Program-made: the position numbers and the translations under genes
The notes under the pieces: model-generated
Seen by the model: only the letters and a program-made list of their open reading frames with translations
Databases searched by the model: none
Told to the model about the DNA's origin: nothing
Shown: positions 29,339 to 38,532 of the stretch, one piece after another
Numbering within the stretch: position 1 is the first letter of the stretch
Layout: every line of letters starts with the position of its first letter
Sequence record: PQ433349.1
Direction: 5' to 3' (one strand)
DNA length: 64,000 bases
DNA from: Escherichia phage vB_Ec-G1

Positions 29339-29567
29339 TTCTTCCTCCTAATGTTATCTCCGGTTTGTATATACGAAGAATTATAGCGTTTTCATTTTCT
29401 TTGTCAACCCATTCTTCATAATCAGGCCATACATGAATCTCTACTCTACTTACAATATCTTCCATTCGCACAGTCCCAATGAAATACTCTTTGAGACTGC
29501 GCATAATGAAAGCTTCTCTCTCACGCCAATAATTTTCTATGACTTGAGAGGCAAGCTCGTCGATCAT
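29319..29567 (-). CDS. hypothetical protein
   Basis: Track ORF 82 aa. Confidence 0.4.
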   Translation of the reverse strand: MIDELASQVIENYWREREAFIMRSLKEYFIGTVRMEDIVSRVEIHVWPDYEEWVDKENENAIILRIYKPEITLGGRSVKLRN

Positions 29568-30358
29568 TTTTTAGCACCTACTTTAACAACCCACTCTCCG
29601 AACTCTTCAGATAAGAGTTTGTCATAAAGCTCTGAATCTGTCAAGTCTAAATCTTTAATACCAATAAAACCAACATTATCATAAGCATTTGCCAGTTCTT
29701 TCAGGAAGCCAAACTTCTCATTACCAACGCCAACCATGAACCAATAAATAGGTTTATTCTTATTCTCTTCGATAAGACGACGAACAGCACTAGGATCACC
29801 ATTCTCACCATCCGTCTGGAAGAATACAACACCAGGGGTAACGTCAGCACCTGGTTCAGATACAGCTACAACTTTTTCACGCTCTACAGACACTGTTTCA
29901 GTTTTACCAAGCAGACGATTAAAGAAGCCTTTCTTTGGAGCCTCCTCTTGTACCACTTGTTTAGTGGTAATATATTTAGTAACAGTGCCAAAATACTCAT
30001 CGTAGATATCCGCCATTACAGGGGCGTAATTTGTTCCACCTCCGATACGAACATTACGCATACATTTACCAACATAGTCATCGTAAACATCTGCTGTTGC
30101 TGGAGTAAGCTCTTGGGAACTCGTATTGAAGGCCCACATATCAATTTGTTGATTATCGTCGAACAGCATACCAAAAGGAAGCAGTTTACCTACAAAATCA
30201 CTCACTACCCCACTAGAATATAGACCATGCATACTACCAGAAATATCTAGAGCACATGCTACACGAAGAACAATCTTACCTTCATTCAGGTTCTTATTCT
30301 TTTTCAGAGAGAAAGCAAGGTTTTCTTGACGTTTTTTCAGGCTGATTTTCTCGGACAT
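29564..30358 (-). CDS. vWA-domain protein (TerY-like)
   Basis: MIDAS motif DISGSM, GGGTN, TDGENGD; TerD-like KISLKK N-terminus. Confidence 0.7.
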   Translation of the reverse strand: MSEKISLKKRQENLAFSLKKNKNLNEGKIVLRVACALDISGSMHGLYSSGVVSDFVGKLLPFGMLFDDNQQIDMWAFNTSSQELTPATADVYDDYVGKCMRNVRIGGGTNYAPVMADIYDEYFGTVTKYITTKQVVQEEAPKKGFFNRLLGKTETVSVEREKVVAVSEPGADVTPGVVFFQTDGENGDPSAVRRLIEENKNKPIYWFMVGVGNEKFGFLKELANAYDNVGFIGIKDLDLTDSELYDKLLSEEFGEWVVKVGAKK

Positions 30359-30359
30359 A

Positions 30360-30638
30360 TTATTTCTCCTTCTTAAGTGTGATATTGGTAACTTCTAAAT
30401 CTACTTCCACCATATTTGTATCTGGTGGGATGCAATGAGTATAGCCTCGTTGTGCTAGTGATCCATTAATACAGATCGCACTGTTTGTGGAATTTTTAAT
30501 GAACACCAAGTTACGGTAGGTATCCAACCCTGCGTCTTCATAGGCATCATAATACATGAATGTGGCCCCTACGTCAAGATCTTCGAAAGCAATAGGTAAA
30601 TCCTGACTTTTTTCTTCTTGAATATTGAATCTAAACAC
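30360..30638 (-). CDS. hypothetical protein, paralog of 29069..29338
   Basis: Probable GTG start with AGGAGG RBS (track ORF extends to 30704); shares DLDVGATF...EVDLEVTNITLKK. Confidence 0.4.
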   Translation of the reverse strand: MFRFNIQEEKSQDLPIAFEDLDVGATFMYYDAYEDAGLDTYRNLVFIKNSTNSAICINGSLAQRGYTHCIPPDTNMVEVDLEVTNITLKKEK

Positions 30639-31194
30639 GCATACCTCCTCTACCAATTTTGAAGCCCAAATCGTAAGCTTCCTTAGTGATCTTTTGTAAC
30701 TCACTTATAGGAAGTGTTACAAGAGGATCATCTTCTTCAATTTCCATCTTGTCATCTTCTGTTTCAATGAGAGTATTATGCACTTTGTGATAAGGGTTGT
30801 CAACACGTTTAAACTTATTCTTTTCTGTGCTGAAAAAACAGTCTGGATCTTCTTCACCATCACCCCAACCTTGGTTAGGATCTCCGTCAGATTGTTCTGT
30901 AGGGATTTCACCTGTAAAGTACTCTTCCAGCACCATAGCAATACCGTCCCTTGGATTTGAGGAATGCATTAAATCACAAACCTTACCCCAATCCATAGCC
31001 CATTCGAACCGTTCACGAATGCCATTTTCATCCTCCTTCCCAGAGAAAACACAACCATAACTATCATAGTTGCCATACATCTCTTCAATAACAACACCGT
31101 CCTTCAAAAGAAAGAGGTAGCAAGGTGATCCGTCGAAAGAAGTAGAAAGGGCAGCTTTGCCCGATTCTTTGCACAAAAAGCTAAAACAACCCAT
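30631..31194 (-). CDS. hypothetical acidic protein
   Basis: Track ORF 187 aa. Confidence 0.5.
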   Translation of the reverse strand: MGCFSFLCKESGKAALSTSFDGSPCYLFLLKDGVVIEEMYGNYDSYGCVFSGKEDENGIRERFEWAMDWGKVCDLMHSSNPRDGIAMVLEEYFTGEIPTEQSDGDPNQGWGDGEEDPDCFFSTEKNKFKRVDNPYHKVHNTLIETEDDKMEIEEDDPLVTLPISELQKITKEAYDLGFKIGRGGMRV

Positions 31195-31592
31195 TACAAA
31201 CCCTCCTTCAGATTATCAAGAGCTACAGTGGTTTCACAAAATTCTCCATAAGCTTTATGATGTTCCAGAAAAGCTTCGGGTCCACCCCAGTCATTATCTT
31301 GTGTATTCCAGCCATCAATAAAAGCATCTTCAATGATTGTGATCAGTTCCTGTCGAGTCAACGTAATGGTATCAGGTTTCTGCGTAGTTTCCACACGGAA
31401 CCCTGGTTCTTCATAAAAACCTTTAGTTACAATGGATTCTAACTCTTCTGCATCACAGAGGAAGTAGCCACAAAGATAACACCAACCGTCATCATCTTTC
31501 ATTACTTCATAAACTTCACCACTTGCTAACTTGGTGAAAAGAGTAGGGTCTGTTACTGTAAGTTTTAAAAGAATACCTGTTGGATTATACAT
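31194..31592 (-). CDS. hypothetical protein
   Basis: Track ORF 132 aa; start overlaps upstream small ORF (ATGTATAA). Confidence 0.5.
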   Translation of the reverse strand: MYNPTGILLKLTVTDPTLFTKLASGEVYEVMKDDDGWCYLCGYFLCDAEELESIVTKGFYEEPGFRVETTQKPDTITLTRQELITIIEDAFIDGWNTQDNDWGGPEAFLEHHKAYGEFCETTVALDNLKEGL

Positions 31593-31758
31593 CTTCTTCC
31601 TCCTCTAAAATATGGAACCCGTAATTACAATAATCCTGAAAGGTTTCGTGTGCAAGATCTTCTATATCCTCTTGAGACATATCATCTTCAATTTCGATAT
31701 CCACAACCTCATTGCATCCACACCAAGCAGTTTCAATATTCACTCGTAATATTTTCAT
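31585..31758 (-). CDS. small Cys-containing protein (about 57 aa, not in ORF track)
   Basis: GAGGAGGAGGAG RBS directly before ATG; coupled to both neighbours. Confidence 0.4.
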   Translation of the reverse strand: MKILRVNIETAWCGCNEVVDIEIEDDMSQEDIEDLAHETFQDYCNYGFHILEEEEDV

Positions 31759-31955
31759 TACTCCTCCTCCTCATTGAAGTCAATATCTGCAAGGAGTTCG
31801 AATTTACGGAAGTTACGACAACCTTCATAAATATAACAATCACGACAAACTGCTAGAACACTTGGGGGATATATGCCTCCCATCGGTGCGAATCGTTTTT
31901 CGTCATCATAACGGACACCAATGTCTTCATCAATTATATAGATACGGATTCTCAT
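31758..31955 (-). CDS. small Cys-rich protein
   Basis: Track ORF 65 aa; CRDCYIYEGC; acidic C-terminus. Confidence 0.4.
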   Translation of the reverse strand: MRIRIYIIDEDIGVRYDDEKRFAPMGGIYPPSVLAVCRDCYIYEGCRNFRKFELLADIDFNEEEE

Positions 31956-33064
31956 TTACCAAGCCCTCGTTTCACAGCAGCTACCATCCCGTCTTCCAGA
32001 GATTGAACTTCATTAATATAATCAACACGAGCAGCACGGGCTTCCGTATTGATGCGGTTAGTTTCTTCCAACATCTTAACCAAGTTTTCCTGATCGTGAC
32101 GCAGAGTTTCAATATCCAACACTTGACGGTTAGCCAGTGCTGCTGCTTCGATCTGATTCTGTGTAGCAAGATCGCTACCCAGTTTAATTGCCAGGTTAAA
32201 TTCATCAAGAACGTTATTCTGCGTCTCTGCTGCTTTCATTTGACGTAAGCTCTCGATATACATTGAGAAGTTAGCAGAGTAAGCAGGAATAACATTATTT
32301 ACTATGTTACGCGCAGATCGCATTAAGCTTGCAGAAACTTTTTGCATACCTTGTACACGCGGTCCCATTTGGACACACAGTAGGCGCAATGCTTTTAAAT
32401 CTGCAATACGAATCTCCAGAAGATCCAAAGTATCTCGGATCACTTGTCGCTGTTCTACTGCATCTTCTGGAAGAGCAGCCAAAGCTTGTTCTTCTTTTTC
32501 ATAGGTTGCTGTTAGAAGCTGCATATCTCGGTTCAAACTTGCAGCATATTGTCCAATAGCTTGATGTAGCTTTTCAAGATATACCAAGGAATCTTCTTCT
32601 TTGCGAATATCCATTTGAAGGTTCTTTACCAACTCTTCAATACGGTTATTAACATTATCAAACTCCCCAAACAGGTCTTCTTTCATACCCATAACTTTTT
32701 TAATGAGTTTAGTAATACCCTTGCTTTGTTTAATAGAGTTTGGATCAAGTTGTTTTGCCTGTTTAATCAAAGCTGTGAGTCGTTCACTCATCTGATCGCC
32801 TTGATTACTACGTTGATGTTTTAATACCTCGGCATTCAAGGAACGCAAGGTTGTTCCTGCCTCTGCCCCAATCTCTTCGATCTCTTGTCGGGTCATAGAA
32901 GGCAAAACTGGAACTTCTTGCGGTGCCGCTGGTGCATAAACAGGACTGGCATCTAACACGCTTGGAGCGAATACAGATTTACTTGCATCTGTTGTTGCAG
33001 CAAATACGCTCATTTCAGGCTTCTTCTGACCACCAGTAACTGCTTTTAAAAATGGACTTGTCAT
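31952..33064 (-). CDS. telA: TelA-like toxic-anion-resistance protein
   Basis: 370 aa, mostly helical/coiled; size and Ter context consistent with TelA/KlaA family (from memory). Confidence 0.55.
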   Translation of the reverse strand: MTSPFLKAVTGGQKKPEMSVFAATTDASKSVFAPSVLDASPVYAPAAPQEVPVLPSMTRQEIEEIGAEAGTTLRSLNAEVLKHQRSNQGDQMSERLTALIKQAKQLDPNSIKQSKGITKLIKKVMGMKEDLFGEFDNVNNRIEELVKNLQMDIRKEEDSLVYLEKLHQAIGQYAASLNRDMQLLTATYEKEEQALAALPEDAVEQRQVIRDTLDLLEIRIADLKALRLLCVQMGPRVQGMQKVSASLMRSARNIVNNVIPAYSANFSMYIESLRQMKAAETQNNVLDEFNLAIKLGSDLATQNQIEAAALANRQVLDIETLRHDQENLVKMLEETNRINTEARAARVDYINEVQSLEDGMVAAVKRGLGK

Positions 33065-33651
33065 TCTTCATTCTCCTCTTCTGCATCTCTTATATATGGT
33101 GAAACACCGTACTCTTTAGCTACTTTAACCCAATCGTCCCATTTATACAACCATAATTTTCCTTCGGTCCCTTCTTTATCTGATTTCAACCACATATTAG
33201 GTTGCTTACCTGGGTACATGCGATTAGGTTTACGATTATAACCTCTAACACATCTTGTCGCAAACCTATCTACCAGAACAAGAACATATTTATATTCGTG
33301 GTTCAACGGCTCTTTGGAAGTGGCTTTAGGATTAGCCCCTAATTCTGCTGCCAGTTTTTGCCAATGAGCACCGTGCCTACTAAACTTACCCATACAACCA
33401 TCAATAGCATGAGCAATTTCGTGCTTCATTGTATCCACGATCATATCTCTTGTAGAGTTCTTATGCAAGTGCCAATTTACAACAACAATTTTATCTCGGT
33501 AGTTGCACCAACCGAAAGAGTTATTCACTTTGTTTCTAACACAAGCTTTATATCCTGCTTCACGTAACATGTTGTAGTAAACAGGAAAATCTTCTTTTAT
33601 TTCCTGCATCACTTCCCACCACAAGAGTTGCAAGTCTCTCTCGGTATACAT
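33061..33651 (-). CDS. SprT-like zinc metallopeptidase domain protein
   Basis: HEIAHAIDGCMGKFSRHGAHW (HExxH ... HGxxW). Confidence 0.55.
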   Translation of the reverse strand: MYTERDLQLLWWEVMQEIKEDFPVYYNMLREAGYKACVRNKVNNSFGWCNYRDKIVVVNWHLHKNSTRDMIVDTMKHEIAHAIDGCMGKFSRHGAHWQKLAAELGANPKATSKEPLNHEYKYVLVLVDRFATRCVRGYNRKPNRMYPGKQPNMWLKSDKEGTEGKLWLYKWDDWVKVAKEYGVSPYIRDAEEENEE

Positions 33652-33654
33652 AAC

Positions 33655-34248
33655 TTACACCTTAAAAGTGAAATGCGTGGTCGTGGTTTCAAAATCAGGA
33701 CCAGATAAACGTGCACTGAAATCTGAAATATTTGTAATTAAAAAGCTTTTATGCATACCTAACACAGCTACGCTTTCAATATCTTCTACTAACATTTCAA
33801 TCATGTTAGAAACATGGCTGAACGTAGAGTTTTGTTTTTTGATGGTGTAGAAAGAAAGATTACCACCTGCTGTATAAGATACCTCTTCAAAATCTTTAAT
33901 CGTATATTGTGTGCCATCAGTAAAGAAAATGGTAGCTTTATTAGTAGCACGTTTCTTGTTTTTTGGTCCTTTTTTACGTTTACTGCGAGTAGGCAAACCG
34001 TTTGGGAACACCATAGCTACAAATTCTTCAGCAGAAACCTCCTTACCGAAATCATAACCATAAGAAACAGCGTCTATAAACTCGTCATCTTCATTTTTAA
34101 AATAATGGAAATAGGGCCAATTTGAGAGATTATCGAGCATCTTATGCTCGTCCACAGCAGAGAATGTATCCCTCAAAGCGCGTGTGATTTGCAAAGCATT
34201 AGGCAACCTTTTAACACCTACGATGGAAGTACGAATAGAAATTGTCAT
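33655..34248 (-). CDS. hypothetical protein
   Basis: Track ORF 197 aa. Confidence 0.45.
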   Translation of the reverse strand: MTISIRTSIVGVKRLPNALQITRALRDTFSAVDEHKMLDNLSNWPYFHYFKNEDDEFIDAVSYGYDFGKEVSAEEFVAMVFPNGLPTRSKRKKGPKNKKRATNKATIFFTDGTQYTIKDFEEVSYTAGGNLSFYTIKKQNSTFSHVSNMIEMLVEDIESVAVLGMHKSFLITNISDFSARLSGPDFETTTTHFTFKV

Positions 34249-34262
34249 TGTTTTTCTCCTTA

Positions 34263-34700
34263 TTAACGTCGCTTGCTACGAGATGAACTCTTTTTACTTA
34301 AAGGGCTATTGTAAGATTTACGAGTTGTATAGCTACTATTTGTTTTAAAAGTTTGTCTCGGCTTTTCATAAGTTTTTATCTCTTGTTTAGGCTTACCATA
34401 AAAATTAGTTTTCGGTTTAGGTGTATTATAATGCTTATTAATAATCGTTCTGTTATCGTTATAATCCCCACTGTTACGATTACTACCACCACTCATCATA
34501 TGCCCTAACAACATACCTGTAGCAAACTCACCAACACCGCTACTACTAGAACCGCCACCATTGTTGATAATAGTTGTATCTCCGTCAGATCCTTGTTGAG
34601 CGTATTGTTGAGGAGGTTGTTGGTATTGTGCAGGATTTGTTTCATCCTCACAAGCTGTTAAAAAGATACAACCAATTAAAATCAGGGCTAGTTTTTTCAT
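34263..34700 (-). CDS. lipoprotein
   Basis: MKKLALILIGCIFLTAC lipobox then Gln/Gly/Ser-rich low-complexity region; start at internal Met of track ORF. Confidence 0.5.
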   Translation of the reverse strand: MKKLALILIGCIFLTACEDETNPAQYQQPPQQYAQQGSDGDTTIINNGGGSSSSGVGEFATGMLLGHMMSGGSNRNSGDYNDNRTIINKHYNTPKPKTNFYGKPKQEIKTYEKPRQTFKTNSSYTTRKSYNSPLSKKSSSRSKRR

Positions 34701-34883
34701 ATTTGCTTTCCTCATTTTGACTATTAATACATCTGTGTTTGAAATCTCCAGAGAAGCAATAAAGTTGCTCTCCATCTCGGTATAAACTCACTTTACTGCC
34801 GTTGATTACGCTTGTCAATACAAAAATTACAACAAACAACCCTATTGCAAAACAAATATTTTCAAACACAATCAACAAGTATT

Positions 34884-35234
34884 TCATTTTAAAAATACCT
34901 CATCATCAGTTTCATTATCCCAGAAGAACAAATCCCAACCATTCGGATCATTCCATTTGGCTGCTGGAGAAGTCCATATTTGTTCGATATCAATATTCAA
35001 AACTTCACCGTTTCGTTTTGAAACAGCTTTAGTTAATTCCCAACGAGATACAGGCTCTACTTCCCCTGAACCACTCCCACAACAAGCTACCACGTTAGGA
35101 GGCAAATTAATTGGATCTTTGGTCACGATCATAACGCTTACCCCAGGGTAAACTTTTGAAAGATAATCTAAAACGTAATCCACATCACCAGATAAATCCC
35201 AAACAAGTTCTTGAATTTCATCAAAATTATTCAT
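34884..35234 (-). CDS. hypothetical protein
   Basis: Track ORF 116 aa. Confidence 0.45.
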   Translation of the reverse strand: MNNFDEIQELVWDLSGDVDYVLDYLSKVYPGVSVMIVTKDPINLPPNVVACCGSGSGEVEPVSRWELTKAVSKRNGEVLNIDIEQIWTSPAAKWNDPNGWDLFFWDNETDDEVFLK

Positions 35235-35243
35235 AAGTCTCTC

Positions 35244-35270
35244 CTATAAAATAGCCTCCCGAAGGAGGCT
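35244..35270 (-). terminator. intrinsic terminator after terC
   Basis: agcctcc cgaa ggaggct hairpin then T-rich run on minus strand. Confidence 0.5.
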
Positions 35271-35276
35271 CATCTA

Positions 35277-36251
35277 TTAAACAGCAGCTTCTTCTTTTTC
35301 AGGGAAGATAAAGCTTGCAATAACACCAAGAGCTAATGTGCCTAGAACAATCATCAGACTTACGTTAGGGGAAATATCATGCGGGAGGAATGACCACTTG
35401 GCATGAAGTGTTTCACCGAACGGGTGATACATAAGTTTAGCACCGACAAATACCAGAACCACAGCAACAGCTTTCTCTAAGTGAACCAGATATTTCACAG
35501 CCACACTTAACACAAAGAAAAGTGCACGTAAACCAAGAACAGCCATCAGCATTGCAGAATAAACTAGCAGAGGTTCTTGTGTCACACCGATCACAGCCGG
35601 AACTGAATCAAAAGAGAAGACAATATCTGTAAGCTCAATAACAAACACACAAAGAAGAGCAGGAGTTGCATATTTAATACCATTCTTAATGGTGATGAAC
35701 TTTTCACCATCCAGTGCATTGTGCACAGGCAGAACTTTACCTACTAAACGAACAGCCCAATGCTTAGAGTAATCAATATCCTCTTCTTCGTCACCACCTT
35801 TGATGATAGCCACGGCAGACCAAGCTACAATCAAACCGAACAACACTTGGACCGACCAATGAAGGTTAAACAAAGCGGTCCCTGCTGCAACAAAAATACC
35901 TCGGAAGACAATGGCTCCTGCAATCCCCCAAAGTAAAATCTTATGTTGGAGATGTGTGCTCTTAATTCCAAAGCTTGCAAAAATTGCCATGAACACCATC
36001 AGGTTATCTACAGAAAGACTCTTTTCCAACACATAGCCACTTAGGAAAAGCGCGGCAAACTCTTTACCATGTTCTACCCAAATGAATGCGTAATATCCTA
36101 AAGCTAAAGCAATCCAAAAAACAGACCAAAGCAAAGCAGATTTAATTCCAATTTCTTTATTCTCTTTATGACCAAAGAAATCAATACCAATAGACAATGC
36201 TAAAATACCAACTAAAACAACTACATCAATAATGGGGAAACCAAGTTGCAT
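35277..36251 (-). CDS. terC: TerC-family integral membrane protein
   Basis: Multiple TM helices; signature EKSLSVDN and ELTDIVFSFDSVPAV. Confidence 0.85.
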   Translation of the reverse strand: MQLGFPIIDVVVLVGILALSIGIDFFGHKENKEIGIKSALLWSVFWIALALGYYAFIWVEHGKEFAALFLSGYVLEKSLSVDNLMVFMAIFASFGIKSTHLQHKILLWGIAGAIVFRGIFVAAGTALFNLHWSVQVLFGLIVAWSAVAIIKGGDEEEDIDYSKHWAVRLVGKVLPVHNALDGEKFITIKNGIKYATPALLCVFVIELTDIVFSFDSVPAVIGVTQEPLLVYSAMLMAVLGLRALFFVLSVAVKYLVHLEKAVAVVLVFVGAKLMYHPFGETLHAKWSFLPHDISPNVSLMIVLGTLALGVIASFIFPEKEEAAV

Positions 36252-36332
36252 TATTTTCTCCTTTCTCTTTGCGGGGAACCACTCCCCGCCTCATGTGATA
36301 CATCTTACTCTATTCTAAAACTTTGTCAACAC

Positions 36333-36554
36333 TTATTTTGAAGAACTTGAGGAAAAGATCCCACGTAGTACAGCCATGATAAATGCCACACACACCACAG
36401 TCCAGAAGGTGACAGGAACAGTGATATCTGTGTGACCCATCATTTCAACAACGTAGTTATAAGCCAGCAGCAGAAGCCATGCTGGAATCATACTAATCAG
36501 AAAAGCAATAACAAACACAATAATCACTGCAAGAATACCTGCTAAAACGCCCAT
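36333..36554 (-). CDS. small membrane protein
   Basis: 73 aa, two predicted TM helices. Confidence 0.5.
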   Translation of the reverse strand: MGVLAGILAVIIVFVIAFLISMIPAWLLLLAYNYVVEMMGHTDITVPVTFWTVVCVAFIMAVLRGIFSSSSSK

Positions 36555-36567
36555 AATATTTCTCCTC

Positions 36568-37044
36568 TTAAAGTTTATAAATAGTCACATCGTGACCTGT
36601 TTTTACTAAAGTTTCTTCAATCATCACTTCAATGATAGCCCAATTACCTCCTGCCAACCCTGCTCCAATCATAGGTAAGCCGATCTTACATTTTTGGTCA
36701 CGGAGAAGCAAATCATTAGCCATAGCTATTAGTGCATCGTACAAGGCATCATAGTCCAACTGACGACCTTTAGCATTGTATCCGTAACGGTATTGCCCGT
36801 ACAGATTATATACCAAAGGGTCTGATTGTTCGTCTGGCACCCCTAAACTAAAACAACCCAGTTTACTTTGATCACCAGCCATTGTGTCTAAGTCTGCTGC
36901 ATATGCGTAAGGAAATGCTCGTTTGATTTGTGGGGCAATACCTGCCCCCATATTACACATACAGTTGCAACAATGAGCAATAACAGTTACTTCACCTGCT
37001 TTAGCGGCATCAATAAGATTACCTGTTTTCATTTTAAGCATTTT
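36568..37044 (-). CDS. macro-domain protein (ADP-ribose binding/hydrolase)
   Basis: VIAHCCNCMCNMGAGIA and IGLPMIGAGLAGG resemble macro-domain motifs; start at internal Met of track ORF. Confidence 0.55.
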   Translation of the reverse strand, partial: KMLKMKTGNLIDAAKAGEVTVIAHCCNCMCNMGAGIAPQIKRAFPYAYAADLDTMAGDQSKLGCFSLGVPDEQSDPLVYNLYGQYRYGYNAKGRQLDYDALYDALIAMANDLLLRDQKCKIGLPMIGAGLAGGNWAIIEVMIEETLVKTGHDVTIYKL

Positions 37045-37054
37045 TAGCCCCTTA

Positions 37055-37882
37055 TTACAGAATGTGCTGTTTTGTGTAACGATCCAAGAATTCAAAGTTT
37101 TCAGCATACTTTGAAATTCGGTTGTAACCTTCTCCCAAGCATCCAAAGAAAAGTTGCTCTACATAGTAGTGTGGCAATTGACTAAGAATGATTTTGAAGT
37201 CTTCATGATTTTGGCCCATAAGATATTTAATAGGACGAACAAGACACTGTGCATCACGTTCTTCATTAATCATTTTAACAAACGCTTCTGGTGTATTAAT
37301 GTAGTTAAAATTCAGTTTAGCTTCGGTATCTGCTTGATTACCTTCATATTTTGCAAAATACAGGAAGTAAACATCATTTTTAACTTGATTTTCATCAAGA
37401 ATCTCAATCAGTTTGTCTTCATGCGTTCCAGTGATATTTACATCATCAATGAATACAAGCTTCTTATCACCCCAGAATTCTTTGTTGCAGTAGAATGTAT
37501 CCCCATCAATAAGTTTCTTACGACTAGCTTTATCCAAGAAACCATAATCGTTGATATAGCTAACTTTACGATGAATAATGTCCAGTTCTGCTGAACGACC
37601 TTGATCATATTGTGATTGCAACATGTTAAAGTAATTAATAAAATGATCTGTCATCATTGTTGCAGCATTATGCACATGGTTGTAAGGAGAAGGAATGATA
37701 ACAAATTGTTCCCCAATATGTTTCATTGCCACTTGAGCAAAAAACTGAAGTGCCAATTCTTTACCCATACGACGCGCGGCTTGGTTACTACCAAATTTCA
37801 ATTTTGAATAATCTTGGATATCAAAAGTAGCAGTTTCCAGGTCATCAAATTTATTTGCAAAAATTTGAGTTTGATTACGCAT
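37055..37882 (-). CDS. phosphoribosyltransferase (PRTase) domain protein
   Basis: PRPP-binding motif KKLVFIDDVNITGTHEDK. Confidence 0.65.
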   Translation of the reverse strand: MRNQTQIFANKFDDLETATFDIQDYSKLKFGSNQAARRMGKELALQFFAQVAMKHIGEQFVIIPSPYNHVHNAATMMTDHFINYFNMLQSQYDQGRSAELDIIHRKVSYINDYGFLDKASRKKLIDGDTFYCNKEFWGDKKLVFIDDVNITGTHEDKLIEILDENQVKNDVYFLYFAKYEGNQADTEAKLNFNYINTPEAFVKMINEERDAQCLVRPIKYLMGQNHEDFKIILSQLPHYYVEQLFFGCLGEGYNRISKYAENFEFLDRYTKQHIL

Positions 37883-38531
37883 TTACAATTTCTCCTCTTT
37901 TAAGTTTCTCTAGTAAGTCGTTAGGGTTCTTAATATGACAGAAGTTAAATCCTAAGTCAACACATTTTCCATCATATTCTTCACTATCGCCTACGTGCAA
38001 TACTTCGTGCCCTAACAGAGGGATCGGAGAATACGTGAGCGTGCGAGCAAAGAATCGCGGATCTGGTTTACAAAGTAAAGCTTCATCCGAGAAATGGGTG
38101 AACTCAAAACAATTCCAACTATCAAACTTACAAGCACGACGCAGGATATCCCCTGATATAAAGTTGGTATTGCTCTTAATACTCAAATCATAACGTCCCG
38201 AAAGATACAGCAAGTACATCGGCAGATCCACGGCTACGTGTGGTGGAAACTTAAGGAACCACTGTTCACACTCGAAACGAAGCTTTGCAGACTTCCAAGG
38301 TGTTATCCCAAGTTCAGAACCAAGTCTTTCCCAGGCGTATGCTGCACACTCGGCTTTGCCTTGAAGTGCTGCATTATCCAGTTCCTTTTTGATCTTCTTA
38401 TAAGCTGCTCTTGCTTCCACTTCCGTAATATCTCCATATTTTGCGATAGTCCAGGCTCGCATGTCTGCGTAATTGGAGTTTGCTGTGATCAGTGTGTTCC
38501 ATACATCAAAAGAGATATGTTTAATAGTCAT
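37875..38531 (-). CDS. HAD-superfamily hydrolase
   Basis: Motif I FDVWNTL, KPDPRFF, motif IV HVGDSEEYD. Confidence 0.6.
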   Translation of the reverse strand: MTIKHISFDVWNTLITANSNYADMRAWTIAKYGDITEVEARAAYKKIKKELDNAALQGKAECAAYAWERLGSELGITPWKSAKLRFECEQWFLKFPPHVAVDLPMYLLYLSGRYDLSIKSNTNFISGDILRRACKFDSWNCFEFTHFSDEALLCKPDPRFFARTLTYSPIPLLGHEVLHVGDSEEYDGKCVDLGFNFCHIKNPNDLLEKLKRGEIVNA

Positions 38532-38532
38532 A

